Assembly (NCBI GenBank): GCA_965214775.1
Contig: OZ243974.1
Location: 448,001-512,000 of the forward strand
DNA: 64,000 bases
Direction of reading: 5' to 3'
Source: Nitrosopumilus sp.
GTDB lineage: Archaea; Thermoproteota; Nitrososphaeria; Nitrososphaerales; Nitrosopumilaceae
The translations under genes were made by a program, and so were the position numbers. Below the pieces are notes generated by a model. It was given only the letters and a program-made list of their open reading frames with translations. It made no database searches and had not been told where the DNA came from. This document shows positions 51,656-60,770 of this stretch, one piece after another; within the stretch, counting starts at the first letter, position 1; every line of letters starts with the position of its first letter.

Positions 51656-53341
51656 TTGGAGTTTGTAGGGAATCTTGACTTGAAAAAAACTATTCTCGAT
51701 CTATATGAAAAACACAAGAACAGCATACCTGCATTATACAACGACGTACTGCGCGACTCTTTTGACAAGTATCTGAGTGACGATCTTGATCACAAGCTGG
51801 ATAATTCCGTCAGCCATCTGGCAAGCAAGTCATACATAACAAGCATGGATGGAGATGTCTCTCTTCCGGCAAAATACTCAAAACTCCATGACAGCGTTTA
51901 CAGCATAATCAGCGAGATGCGTGACGGCCTCTCCTATAGCAGCCTGATGACAAAAATAATGAACGAGTTTCCATTAATCAGAATCACGTCCCGGATACAG
52001 ATGATTGATGGCATGCTAGACGAGCTGGAGCAAAAACACGTGGTTGTCAGAAGCCGGGCTTACTGGAAGTATTCGCCGGACTCTGATCAGCTGTTCACCT
52101 CTGAAAACTATGGCTACAAGAAAGAGCAAACCAAAAAGGGCATCCTGTCTGCCGGGCGAACCAAATTCTTTGGCCGAAACATAACCCCTGATCAGTTCAT
52201 TTCAGAGATAAACGTCATGGAGACCGGAGATCTTGATGATCTTGATGATCAGGTTACACGTATAGCAGGCCTGGTTCTAAGTGATGCAGCCATGCTGCAG
52301 AGTCCCCGGGACAGCATGAAAGAGTTTGATTTCATTGTAAACCTTACAGACTATAACTTCAGACCAGAGCATGTTGAAATGATGAAAAAGCTTGACTTTC
52401 AGGCAACGTCTGACATATTTCACTGCAAGGTTATGATCAAAGAAAAGATTACCCCAAGTGTACTGACATCGCTCAAGGATGCAGTTCCGCCAGGCGAGCA
52501 GGGCGTCATATTTACGTGTACAAAAGTCAGCCCGGAGATACTGCAGCAGACCAGGGATGACAGGAAGATCCAGATAATAGACGAGGAGGGAATCCGTGAC
52601 TGGTGCTCAATAACCCCCACCATCCCGTGCAGGCGGCACTCCGTTGCCAGGGTCATGTACGGGGATGGCGTAGGCAAGATCGTTTTGGTCAGGTCGCTGA
52701 ACTATGAATCCGGACTGGCAATTGTAGAGACTGCCCCAGATCGCATTGAAACCACGTTCCCAATAGGGTGCCTAAGTGAGATCAATTTACAGGTACACAG
52801 TGCAGATGAGCTTGAAGCTGCATCAAACAGTTATTTTGACTTTGCCTGCCTGTTATCAGATTTAGCACCGAACACTTTTGACGAAGGAATGCAAACAAGG
52901 ATAGTTGCCATTCATGACAGATACATCGATCTTAAGAAAAGCACAAACCCTGAATTGTATGATGGGCCGCATCCTCCCTACCATGTTGAAGAAGACAAAT
53001 ACAAGGGCAGCATGTTTGTAGAATTTGACAACACCTATGCAAGGATTAATTTGAGAAAATACCGGCCAGATGATTTTATTGGTTGTGATTGCGGGCATAG
53101 CCTGAATGAGGAATACCACCATACATTATGCAAGCACCTTGTAGCCACGATTGATCATGCCTGTAGGGATGGACTTGAATGGGATGTGATCAAGCACAAC
53201 ATAGAGACATTAACGGAAAAACTCGTCATAATCCAAGCAAGTAATGTCAAAAGAATGATTGATGCCCTATCATGTGTGATCAGGCCAGAATCAAAACAGG
53301 CGTTCAAGGAATATCTCTTGAAACATGTGGACGATGGCTAG
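51656..53341 (+). CDS. Protein with Mrr-like restriction-endonuclease-fold region and SWIM zinc finger, probably 5'-truncated by the IS
   Basis: FD...FHCK...GVIFT...IQIID.EGI; CDC...CKH SWIM motif. Confidence 0.65.
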   Translation: MEFVGNLDLKKTILDLYEKHKNSIPALYNDVLRDSFDKYLSDDLDHKLDNSVSHLASKSYITSMDGDVSLPAKYSKLHDSVYSIISEMRDGLSYSSLMTKIMNEFPLIRITSRIQMIDGMLDELEQKHVVVRSRAYWKYSPDSDQLFTSENYGYKKEQTKKGILSAGRTKFFGRNITPDQFISEINVMETGDLDDLDDQVTRIAGLVLSDAAMLQSPRDSMKEFDFIVNLTDYNFRPEHVEMMKKLDFQATSDIFHCKVMIKEKITPSVLTSLKDAVPPGEQGVIFTCTKVSPEILQQTRDDRKIQIIDEEGIRDWCSITPTIPCRRHSVARVMYGDGVGKIVLVRSLNYESGLAIVETAPDRIETTFPIGCLSEINLQVHSADELEAASNSYFDFACLLSDLAPNTFDEGMQTRIVAIHDRYIDLKKSTNPELYDGPHPPYHVEEDKYKGSMFVEFDNTYARINLRKYRPDDFIGCDCGHSLNEEYHHTLCKHLVATIDHACRDGLEWDVIKHNIETLTEKLVIIQASNVKRMIDALSCVIRPESKQAFKEYLLKHVDDG

Positions 53342-53343
53342 CG

Positions 53344-54516
53344 CTAATCCATGCCGGTGATTATTTTTTCTAACATTTTTTTGTCACACCTTGCAATCTC
53401 CTTATCCAACACATGAAATACCCTTAACATGTCGGGTTCATCTTTTAGGTCGCCTTGAATAACATCCTTTAATTCATCCAAACTTTTAGCAGAATGGTTG
53501 CCAGGTTCAATGTCGGATGCCGCGTGTTCGTGTCCTGGCTCCTGCGCGTATTTTGTGGCACCATCGTCTCGATACCATGGGTCATATCCGAGCCTTTCCA
53601 ACATGTGTTCCCATGACTGGAATTCCCCCTCATACTGCGATGCGGTTAGTTCAGAGTGCTCCTCAATTTCCTCCTTTGTGGGGGTGCGTCCGACGATGTG
53701 TCTTACGCGCTCAAACTCCGCTATCATGGATGCCTTGTTTGGCGGATCAATTGTCTTTGCAATCCTGACTAGTACGTCGATGCCGGCCCCGAACTCCTCC
53801 TCGATGTCAATCCTTGTGGTGCCTGTCGGCGGAAAATATTCGTAATTGTCTGAGGAGTGTTTTGGCTCTTTTCTTGCTAGGGCCCGTCCAAGGTCCCTCA
53901 GCATGTGCGCACGACGCTTGTTAAAGTACGACAGATCTGGATCATCATGCCCTTCCTCGTCGTATGACGCGCGAAGCTTTGCCTTGTGTTCTACGTTTCT
54001 TGGGTTTCTTCGCACCATGTAATTACAACAGTTGCAGTACCATCCCGCCGAGCCCATCCTTGCAGGAGACCCGTCCTTAACGTGGCATCCTCTGTAGTCT
54101 AGCCATATGTCGCATATCTGGCACCTGCCCTGCCCCGATTCGTACCTTCCTGTGCCCGTGGGCTTTGTCACTGGCTCCCTCGTCTTAGCATAGTGGTCAA
54201 ATGCCTCAATCTGTCTTAATGCCCACTTTGCATAGTCTGCGCTTCTTGCCGTGAGGTATGCCTCACAAAATCCCTCTATGGGATTTCCAGGTGCTCGGCC
54301 TTCATTGACGAATTTTGCATATCTGGTTACCATGTTCCTATAGGGCTGCGGATTTTTGTGATTTCTCCATGCCAGGTATTCCTCAACAATATCCGGCTCG
54401 TACCTTCCTGTGCCCGTGGGCTTTGTCACCCTGAACTTCCTGCATATCCCCTTGCAGGTTCTCTTCTGTTCCAACACCTGATCATGGGACACGCATTCAA
54501 TAAATCTATAAGTCAC
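53344..54516 (-). CDS. Cys-rich protein with homing-endonuclease-associated-like repeat and an in-frame 86-aa insertion
   Basis: CKGIC, RCQIC, CNCC; GRTPT..E......Y...F.SW...L; duplicated VTKPTGTGRYE. Confidence 0.7.
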   Translation of the reverse strand: MTYRFIECVSHDQVLEQKRTCKGICRKFRVTKPTGTGRYEPDIVEEYLAWRNHKNPQPYRNMVTRYAKFVNEGRAPGNPIEGFCEAYLTARSADYAKWALRQIEAFDHYAKTREPVTKPTGTGRYESGQGRCQICDIWLDYRGCHVKDGSPARMGSAGWYCNCCNYMVRRNPRNVEHKAKLRASYDEEGHDDPDLSYFNKRRAHMLRDLGRALARKEPKHSSDNYEYFPPTGTTRIDIEEEFGAGIDVLVRIAKTIDPPNKASMIAEFERVRHIVGRTPTKEEIEEHSELTASQYEGEFQSWEHMLERLGYDPWYRDDGATKYAQEPGHEHAASDIEPGNHSAKSLDELKDVIQGDLKDEPDMLRVFHVLDKEIARCDKKMLEKIITGMD

Positions 54517-54533
54517 GGGTCTTAGTAAAGACC

Positions 54534-54701
54534 ATGAGAGATACCATAGGAGGCCGTCCCTACGAGGTAAGAAAGGACGGATCCAAGTATGTCATCAGTT
54601 TCTATCCGCAAGCAAAGAACGCAAAGAACCCGGATGCCGTCCTGTTTCGGCTGACGCTGACCAAGGACGAGATCAAAAAGCTGGCAAAGATTGCAGCGTG
54701 A
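54534..54701 (+). CDS. Small hypothetical protein (55 aa, below ORF track cutoff)
   Basis: MRDTIGGRPYEVRKDGSKYVISFYPQAKNAKNPDAVLFRLTLTKDEIKKLAKIAA. Confidence 0.6.
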   Translation: MRDTIGGRPYEVRKDGSKYVISFYPQAKNAKNPDAVLFRLTLTKDEIKKLAKIAA

Positions 54702-54713
54702 GTTGGGACGGGT

Positions 54714-55148
54714 TTGAATGGCGGACGGCACGATCCTCACAAATACGGCGAGGAGTATGATGCAGGAGTGGAGTCGATACGACGGCATGGCTCGGGATCC
54801 GTGACGTATCATCCTGGCATGGGATCCTGCATAGATCTTGCAAATCCAGACGAAAAGGACGCACTCTTTGAGAGGCTTACGGATGGCGGACAGCCGGTCT
54901 ACCTGATCTCCGTCACCAACAACAGAAAGGACTTTGACGAGGAGTCCAGAAACGAGTATATCAGGTTTCGCAAGCAGGGGGCAGACGTGATGCTGGGGCA
55001 GTGGATCGACATCAACGGCTTCACGTACAGGGATGTCACTGTGGCAATCTCTGGAATCGGGCGTGAGGAGGCGTTAAAGTATAAACATGAGTACGGCCAA
55101 GCATACATAGTGGTGATGGAAAGATATGGCCCTCCAAGACTCATCTAG
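54714..55148 (+). CDS. Hypothetical protein, paralog of 37298-37936
   Basis: Shared G.W.D, D, Y.Q..IVV motifs. Confidence 0.72.
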   Translation: MNGGRHDPHKYGEEYDAGVESIRRHGSGSVTYHPGMGSCIDLANPDEKDALFERLTDGGQPVYLISVTNNRKDFDEESRNEYIRFRKQGADVMLGQWIDINGFTYRDVTVAISGIGREEALKYKHEYGQAYIVVMERYGPPRLI

Positions 55149-55311
55149 CAAAAAGACGTTCAAGAATACGTTTGCCCCGCATGTGGGCAACAAGGAGCTG
55201 GATGTGCAGGCGGTGATAATGGGACTGCGGGTGTCGTTGTTCCACCACGAGGATCTGCCGCCAGAGGTACAAGAGGCCGTCGCATCCGAGCTTGCCAGAC
55301 AAGAGCGCTGA
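55126..55311 (+). CDS. Small hypothetical protein, downstream partner (copy 2)
   Basis: 23-nt overlap with the upstream ORF; paralog at 55491. Confidence 0.7.
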   Translation: MALQDSSSKKTFKNTFAPHVGNKELDVQAVIMGLRVSLFHHEDLPPEVQEAVASELARQER

Positions 55312-55490
55312 TTCGAAATTAACAGATTCTGATTGTCTGTGAGCGAATTTGCATGACGGTCCAAAACATCAGCAAAATACGAATTATCTGCGAAGTCGCT
55401 TGAAAAACTCGTACGGCTTCTGATTTCGGATCATCTATCAGGGGAAGGGTAAGCTTTTATCCCAAATGTCAATACTGGAGATAAGAAAAG

Positions 55491-55694
55491 ATGACACTGC
55501 GTAATTCCTCCAACCAAAAGACGTTCAAGAACACGTTTGCGCCCCACATAAGAAACGAGACGCTGGATGTCCAGGCCATAGTGGCGGGGTTGCGGACAAC
55601 CCTGATCCACTCCGAGGATCTGCCGAAAGAGGTGCAGGACGCAGTGGTGGACGAGCTTGAAAGGCTTGCAAAGACCAGGCAGGGCGGGGCATGA
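55491..55694 (+). CDS. Small hypothetical protein, tandem paralog of 55126-55311
   Basis: KTFKNTFAPH...LDVQA...GLR...EDLP.EVQ.AV..EL conserved. Confidence 0.72.
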   Translation: MTLRNSSNQKTFKNTFAPHIRNETLDVQAIVAGLRTTLIHSEDLPKEVQDAVVDELERLAKTRQGGA

Positions 55695-55758
55695 TCCACA
55701 GTCTGCAGTACCTGGATGTTTGTGGAACCGGTAACGACTTTGGCTCTGCCAGCATGCT

Positions 55759-55867
55759 GTCTCACAATGCAACCGCATTTCAAATTTTCCGATGCCTTCG
55801 ATTTTTCTGAGCTTACCGCTCGGCAAATCGAGTCTCACAATGCAACCGCATTTCAAATTTTCCGATG
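55759..55867. repeat. Two identical 36-bp direct repeats separated by 37 bp (possible minimal CRISPR-like unit)
   Basis: GTCTCACAATGCAACCGCATTTCAAATTTTCCGATG at 55759 and 55832. Confidence 0.6.
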
Positions 55868-55926
55868 AGAACACCATGCGGTACAACATAAAGCCGGTTT
55901 CGTCCTCACATTATGCGGTGGCGACG

Positions 55927-56394
55927 ATGATCATAATGGCAGGCATCCCGGGCTCGGGCAAGACCACGCTTGCAAAGACGCAATACCCCGGATTCGAGAG
56001 GGTCTCCCTTGACGACATACGGCTGATGCCAGCAGGGGAGAGGCGCAGGCTGCTGGAGGCATCGCGCTCCCATGCCGACATTGCGCCCTACACGAGCAGG
56101 GAGCGGCGCATGGAGCATGTCCTGATAGAGCGGGCACTGGAGAAAGGCAGGGACATCGTAGTAGATGACACCAACACGACGGCGGAGATACGCTCAGTCC
56201 ACATAGCACACGCCTCAAAGTACGGCTACGACATACACGCCGTCTCCTTTTACAACTTTGATGCTGCTGCAGACAGGAACCGACAGCGGAGTGGAGGGGA
56301 ACGCATTCCCGATGCTGCAGTCGCGGCCAAGCGCAGCGAGTTTGAGCCGCCCAAAATCGAGGAGGGCTTTGAGTCTGTCCGCGCCATATTCTAG
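55927..56394 (+). CDS. P-loop kinase (AAA_33 / polynucleotide kinase-like)
   Basis: GIPGSGKTT, VSLD, VVDDTN, RNRQR, FEPP..EEGF. Confidence 0.88.
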   Translation: MIIMAGIPGSGKTTLAKTQYPGFERVSLDDIRLMPAGERRRLLEASRSHADIAPYTSRERRMEHVLIERALEKGRDIVVDDTNTTAEIRSVHIAHASKYGYDIHAVSFYNFDAAADRNRQRSGGERIPDAAVAAKRSEFEPPKIEEGFESVRAIF

Positions 56395-56796
56395 ATGGAA
56401 AAAAAGCGCCGCATTTCCAGGAATCCGTCCCAGGCGGCACAAGCCCGCCGGCAGGCCCGCACAATCTCAATCCCCGCAAAATTCGACATACGGGCTCAAA
56501 ATTAAGATTTAACGTTTGAAGAGCGCCTTCATTTTAATCGCATGCCTCCTGGCTTGAGGGGGGAGGGAGGGAGGAGGGCGCGTAAATCTGGTTTTGTAGA
56601 AACTTGGAAATCAAACTTGTATTTTGTGGGCAGCAGATGGCGCATTCGCAACAACTCTGGCCAAATTAACAGAACCAATAATTCGCAATCCTTCAAGTAT
56701 GATCCAAGGCGATCTCGTACCGGGACACGATCACAACTCTAAAATCACATGCCCACATTGGACATCCATGCGGAAGGCAGCTGCAGGAATCTGGCC

Positions 56797-58950
56797 ATGA
56801 ACTTGTATTTCAGATCAGCCCCGCTCGTCCTTGCTGTCACGGCAGTCCTGATCGTATTCTCTCCCGGCCCGGCAGAAGGCCAGTTGTATACCGGAGTTCT
56901 GGAGCTGGACGGGATCCCGTCAGTCGTACAGGCGGGCAGCCCCGTGACCTTCTCGGGATACCTGACCACGACATCCGGGTTTGCCGTGCCAGACGCCGTG
57001 ATCTATATCAAGGACGACGTCACATTTGGGCGCGACAGGATCATGGCGACCCTATTGACCGATGACGCAGGCAGGTTTCACTGGACTTGGGTAGCACAGC
57101 AGCGCAGCAGCGGCAACTGGGACTTTTATGCGGTCTTTGAGGGCAGCGGCAACGTGCGCAGTGCACGCAGCAGTACCGAGGCCGTTGCAGTCTCATCAGG
57201 CCACACGCCAGTGCCTTCCGACTCGTCGTCATCCCGTCGTGCCTCCATAGTCTTGGACAAGATCCCGTCCGCGGTTTACGCAGGGGAATCAGTCACGTTT
57301 ACAGGCCGGCTTACGTCAAACGGATACCCGCTTGCCGACAGGCTCGTGAAGATCAACGAGGACGATCCGCTCCTGCCCGATCAGCGGCTCGGATACCAGA
57401 GGACCGACAGGAACGGAGAGTTTGCGATAACGTGGCGGGTCGGTGCGGGACTAGTCGAGGACGACTTTGACATATATGCGGCCTTTGACGGCGATGGCAC
57501 CTACCAGGGGGCCAGATCATACAACCAGGAGATGGCCGTCATGAAGTATGGCGGCTCGATAGACCTTGATCCCATACCTAGATCCGCAAAGGTGGGCGAG
57601 ACTGTCACGTTCTCCGGGACGCTGAGCCTTGACGGTCACAGCACCGAGGGCGCCGTCGTATACATCATGGACGAGGACACGCTAACACGTGACGACCTCC
57701 TTGTGGCCGCCTACGTCGACGGGAGCGGCAGGTTCTCTGCCAACTGGCTCGTAACCGACGTCGACCCTGACGGGGTCGCAGACATCTACGCGGTCTTTGA
57801 GGGAAACGACATCCTGTCCAGGCTGACAACGTGCGACCCCGGACCAACCAGGGCGTTTGGAGGCATGTGCACGGACACGAAAAAGATCTCGATATCGGGA
57901 TACGCCTCCCGGGAGCCGCCCAACGTGGACATCACGGGCCCGTACATGGAGTTGTATTACTCGCTCCCGTTTCAGCATTCCCCACGCGTTGCCATAGTGC
58001 CGTCCCCCTACTCGTATGACGATGTCAGGAGCCATATCGTGCCAGTGAAGGAGGGCATACTGATGTGGACAGGCATGATGAAGCAGGAGCACGGCGGCAG
58101 CTGGGACGTCACGTTTGATGTCATAATACCTGGTGACTCGTTCCCGTCCCGGCCCGATGTAATAGTCAACCTTGTCACCCATGATGTCCATAGGAGTTGC
58201 TACAGTGATTATTACGGCGTAGCAAAAATCTTTTCCAACCCAAAAGTACCCGTCTATACATGGGTCTGCTCCACATCTGAGGGCAAAAAGCGGCCAGACT
58301 ACGAAGTCTCAGCTACTGCCGCCCATGAGTTCATCCATGCCGTCGGACTCGGCCACACGTTCAACAAGCCCGGCGATCTTTTGTGCAGTGTAGAGGATGG
58401 TATAAACACGTGTCCGCAGTCGCCGTATCCCAATTCTAAGACTCCATCCGATCTAAACCTTGAGGCCGTAGCGCATATTTACGGAACGGATGGGTTCACC
58501 ATGCCCAACAATCTCGTGCAGTACCGTGAAGTGTTTACTGGCAGCAGCCCGCCGGCCGGAGACGACGGCGTGGATCAGGTACCGGGGGTTGCGCGGGGGA
58601 TGTCCCACGGCTGTCCGCTGGAGGGATACACCTACGACGTGTGGGTGGACGGTGAAACAATCGAGCCGGGATGGTCTATCTGGTATGACATATGCAGTAC
58701 GACTCCCATTTACTACTCGTTCACGACGGACGATCCCGAGGACGGATTCTTGCTGTACCTGCTTCCGCCCGAAACCGACATCGACGACTTCATAAGCTAT
58801 GGTGCCGGCAGCTACTACACCTGCGAGGAGTACGATGTGTCTTGGCATTCCAAGTCGAACACCTGCAAAGTCGAGCTCGGCTCAAAGCTGGTCATACACA
58901 ACGACGGCATGAATGCGATACGGATAGTCGACGGCTATATACGAAACTAG
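56797..58950 (+). CDS. Secreted protein with three Ig-like repeats and a matrixin-type zinc metalloprotease domain
   Basis: Signal peptide; three LD.IP..V..G..VTFSG.L...D.YA.FEG repeats; HEFIHAVGLGH. Confidence 0.85.
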   Translation: MNLYFRSAPLVLAVTAVLIVFSPGPAEGQLYTGVLELDGIPSVVQAGSPVTFSGYLTTTSGFAVPDAVIYIKDDVTFGRDRIMATLLTDDAGRFHWTWVAQQRSSGNWDFYAVFEGSGNVRSARSSTEAVAVSSGHTPVPSDSSSSRRASIVLDKIPSAVYAGESVTFTGRLTSNGYPLADRLVKINEDDPLLPDQRLGYQRTDRNGEFAITWRVGAGLVEDDFDIYAAFDGDGTYQGARSYNQEMAVMKYGGSIDLDPIPRSAKVGETVTFSGTLSLDGHSTEGAVVYIMDEDTLTRDDLLVAAYVDGSGRFSANWLVTDVDPDGVADIYAVFEGNDILSRLTTCDPGPTRAFGGMCTDTKKISISGYASREPPNVDITGPYMELYYSLPFQHSPRVAIVPSPYSYDDVRSHIVPVKEGILMWTGMMKQEHGGSWDVTFDVIIPGDSFPSRPDVIVNLVTHDVHRSCYSDYYGVAKIFSNPKVPVYTWVCSTSEGKKRPDYEVSATAAHEFIHAVGLGHTFNKPGDLLCSVEDGINTCPQSPYPNSKTPSDLNLEAVAHIYGTDGFTMPNNLVQYREVFTGSSPPAGDDGVDQVPGVARGMSHGCPLEGYTYDVWVDGETIEPGWSIWYDICSTTPIYYSFTTDDPEDGFLLYLLPPETDIDDFISYGAGSYYTCEEYDVSWHSKSNTCKVELGSKLVIHNDGMNAIRIVDGYIRN

Positions 58951-59019
58951 GCCGATACCCTGCGCCTTGCCGTCTGGTTGAGTCCAACCTGAACTTCCAG
59001 AGCACGACCTGTTACCTAT

Positions 59020-59099
59020 CAGGCTTTGCGTAATCGGTCCAGATCTAGGATTATTACGAACAAATTCATCGCACTCAGGCCGATCACGCATAAAGTCTA
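59020..59099. mobile_element. MITE family B, degenerate copy
   Basis: Shares the internal CTAGGATTATTACGAACAAATTCATC and the CGCATAAAGTCTA end with 30587-30668. Confidence 0.82.
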
Positions 59100-59138
59100 A
59101 TGAAACTTGTAATCAAACAAGACACTTGGACCAAGCAA

Positions 59139-60596
59139 TCAGATGTAGACATTTTTAGTTTGAACTTGAGTGGTCAAATTCGTTCGTTTTTTGACAATGT
59201 TCATAGCTAGGCCAAAACATTTGGCGGCAAGTTTTTCTGTAATCTCATGTCCTTCATGAATTACGTCATTTCGAAGGCCTTGCAGTGAACGTAATTCCAC
59301 GTATTCGTCATCTGGAATAACTTTATCCAAATGAAGAATTTCTAACACTCGATACAGATCCCATCTGTCAAGATCATCACGGATTCTTTTACTTACTCTT
59401 GCTGAAAGTAATTTTTGCATCCACAAACCATAGATATGTCTTTCAACAATTATCCATGAGGTTATGAAGGATTGGGAATTATCGCCGTTTGACAATTGGG
59501 TATAAGAGCTAAGAAGTAATTTTAAAAGGTTAACATGTTCGTCGTTTGCTAAAATATTTTCAGCTGTTCTAAGAACATTTTCTAAATCACCTATAGAAAT
59601 CTGAGTTCTGGCATTCAGGTGCGCAGGTGGTTGCTTCAAACGAAAATGAAAAAGATCTAATCTTTGTGAAGTACCATGCCATGAAGAACCTGTAATTTTG
59701 TGTGTTTTGTTATCGAATGTTACCTCAGCTAAATCCGAAGAAGACAAAGATTGTAAAGGAATGCCAGATACTACTGCCACAGACATAATTGCACTAAAAA
59801 TTTTCTCAACAGATTCTTTATCGGTGCTTTCAATTCCTATCAATCCCCCTTTTGTGATAACCAATGCATGGTTTTGGAAATTTTTTGCAACCACATATTC
59901 TTCTAGTACAGCATATTCCTGTTGTTGTATTCGTTGTTTAATAGTAGGTTTAAAATCGCCAAAAAGAACCGGAGGATAAAAATAAGTGCCCAAACCAGCA
60001 TTCTGATCAGGAATAAATTCGCGTATTTGAGCAGTTTTTTCAGTTTTGTCTCGTTTAAAATCCGCTCTGTATCCCAGAACACGATCAATGGCATATTTGT
60101 CAAAATCAATATCCGATAAATTGCCATAAAGATCCCAGGTAGCCAATTTTTGATTATGCAAAGATTGACTGCCAATACGCGCATCATCGGAGACCATTTT
60201 TGGCATATTATTAACATGCTTTCCAAATGTGACAACAGCATTTTCGACTGACTCTTTAAAGCTAGAGGTGGTAAATTCTTTAATTTCTGGAAGATTCACA
60301 TGCTCCCACAAAGAGTTAGAAGCGAATTGTTCTAATTTGTCCAAGAACGAGTCATGTTGTAGCGGACATAAGAAAATACTTTTGTCATCTAAAGAATCAA
60401 GATGAGTTTTGATCAGCAGGTGATAACTGTTGTTAGGAGAGCTCAGGATGTGGATTTGACACGGTTCTCTTAATGACGAAATCATCTGCTCTTTTTTCTT
60501 TTCTTCAGCAGTAAGATTCTCAAACTCAGTTCTGAATGTGTCTATCATTCTTGTTAATTTTTGTTCGATAGATTCTTGTTGACTCATACAATGCAT
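59139..60596 (-). CDS. HEPN-domain (ApeA-like) protein
   Basis: C-terminal SFITSWIIVE and LRNDVIH (R-x4-H); low GC. Confidence 0.72.
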   Translation of the reverse strand: MHCMSQQESIEQKLTRMIDTFRTEFENLTAEEKKKEQMISSLREPCQIHILSSPNNSYHLLIKTHLDSLDDKSIFLCPLQHDSFLDKLEQFASNSLWEHVNLPEIKEFTTSSFKESVENAVVTFGKHVNNMPKMVSDDARIGSQSLHNQKLATWDLYGNLSDIDFDKYAIDRVLGYRADFKRDKTEKTAQIREFIPDQNAGLGTYFYPPVLFGDFKPTIKQRIQQQEYAVLEEYVVAKNFQNHALVITKGGLIGIESTDKESVEKIFSAIMSVAVVSGIPLQSLSSSDLAEVTFDNKTHKITGSSWHGTSQRLDLFHFRLKQPPAHLNARTQISIGDLENVLRTAENILANDEHVNLLKLLLSSYTQLSNGDNSQSFITSWIIVERHIYGLWMQKLLSARVSKRIRDDLDRWDLYRVLEILHLDKVIPDDEYVELRSLQGLRNDVIHEGHEITEKLAAKCFGLAMNIVKKRTNLTTQVQTKNVYI

Positions 60597-60618
60597 GATA
60601 TTCAGAATGCATCGCTAT

Positions 60619-60698
60619 TAGACCTTATGCGTATTTTCCAAAAATGACGTAAAAGCTGCCTGATTTTTTTGATTTGAACCAATTACGCATAAGGTCTA
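60619..60698. mobile_element. MITE related to family B (80 bp)
   Basis: 15-bp IR TAGACCTTATGCGTA. Confidence 0.78.
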
Positions 60699-60770
60699 AT
60701 GTGTGTTCTTGTCCAGTTTCCGTTTTTGCTCGATCTTTTTGATACGTTTCACTTAGCTGATCAGGAACGG

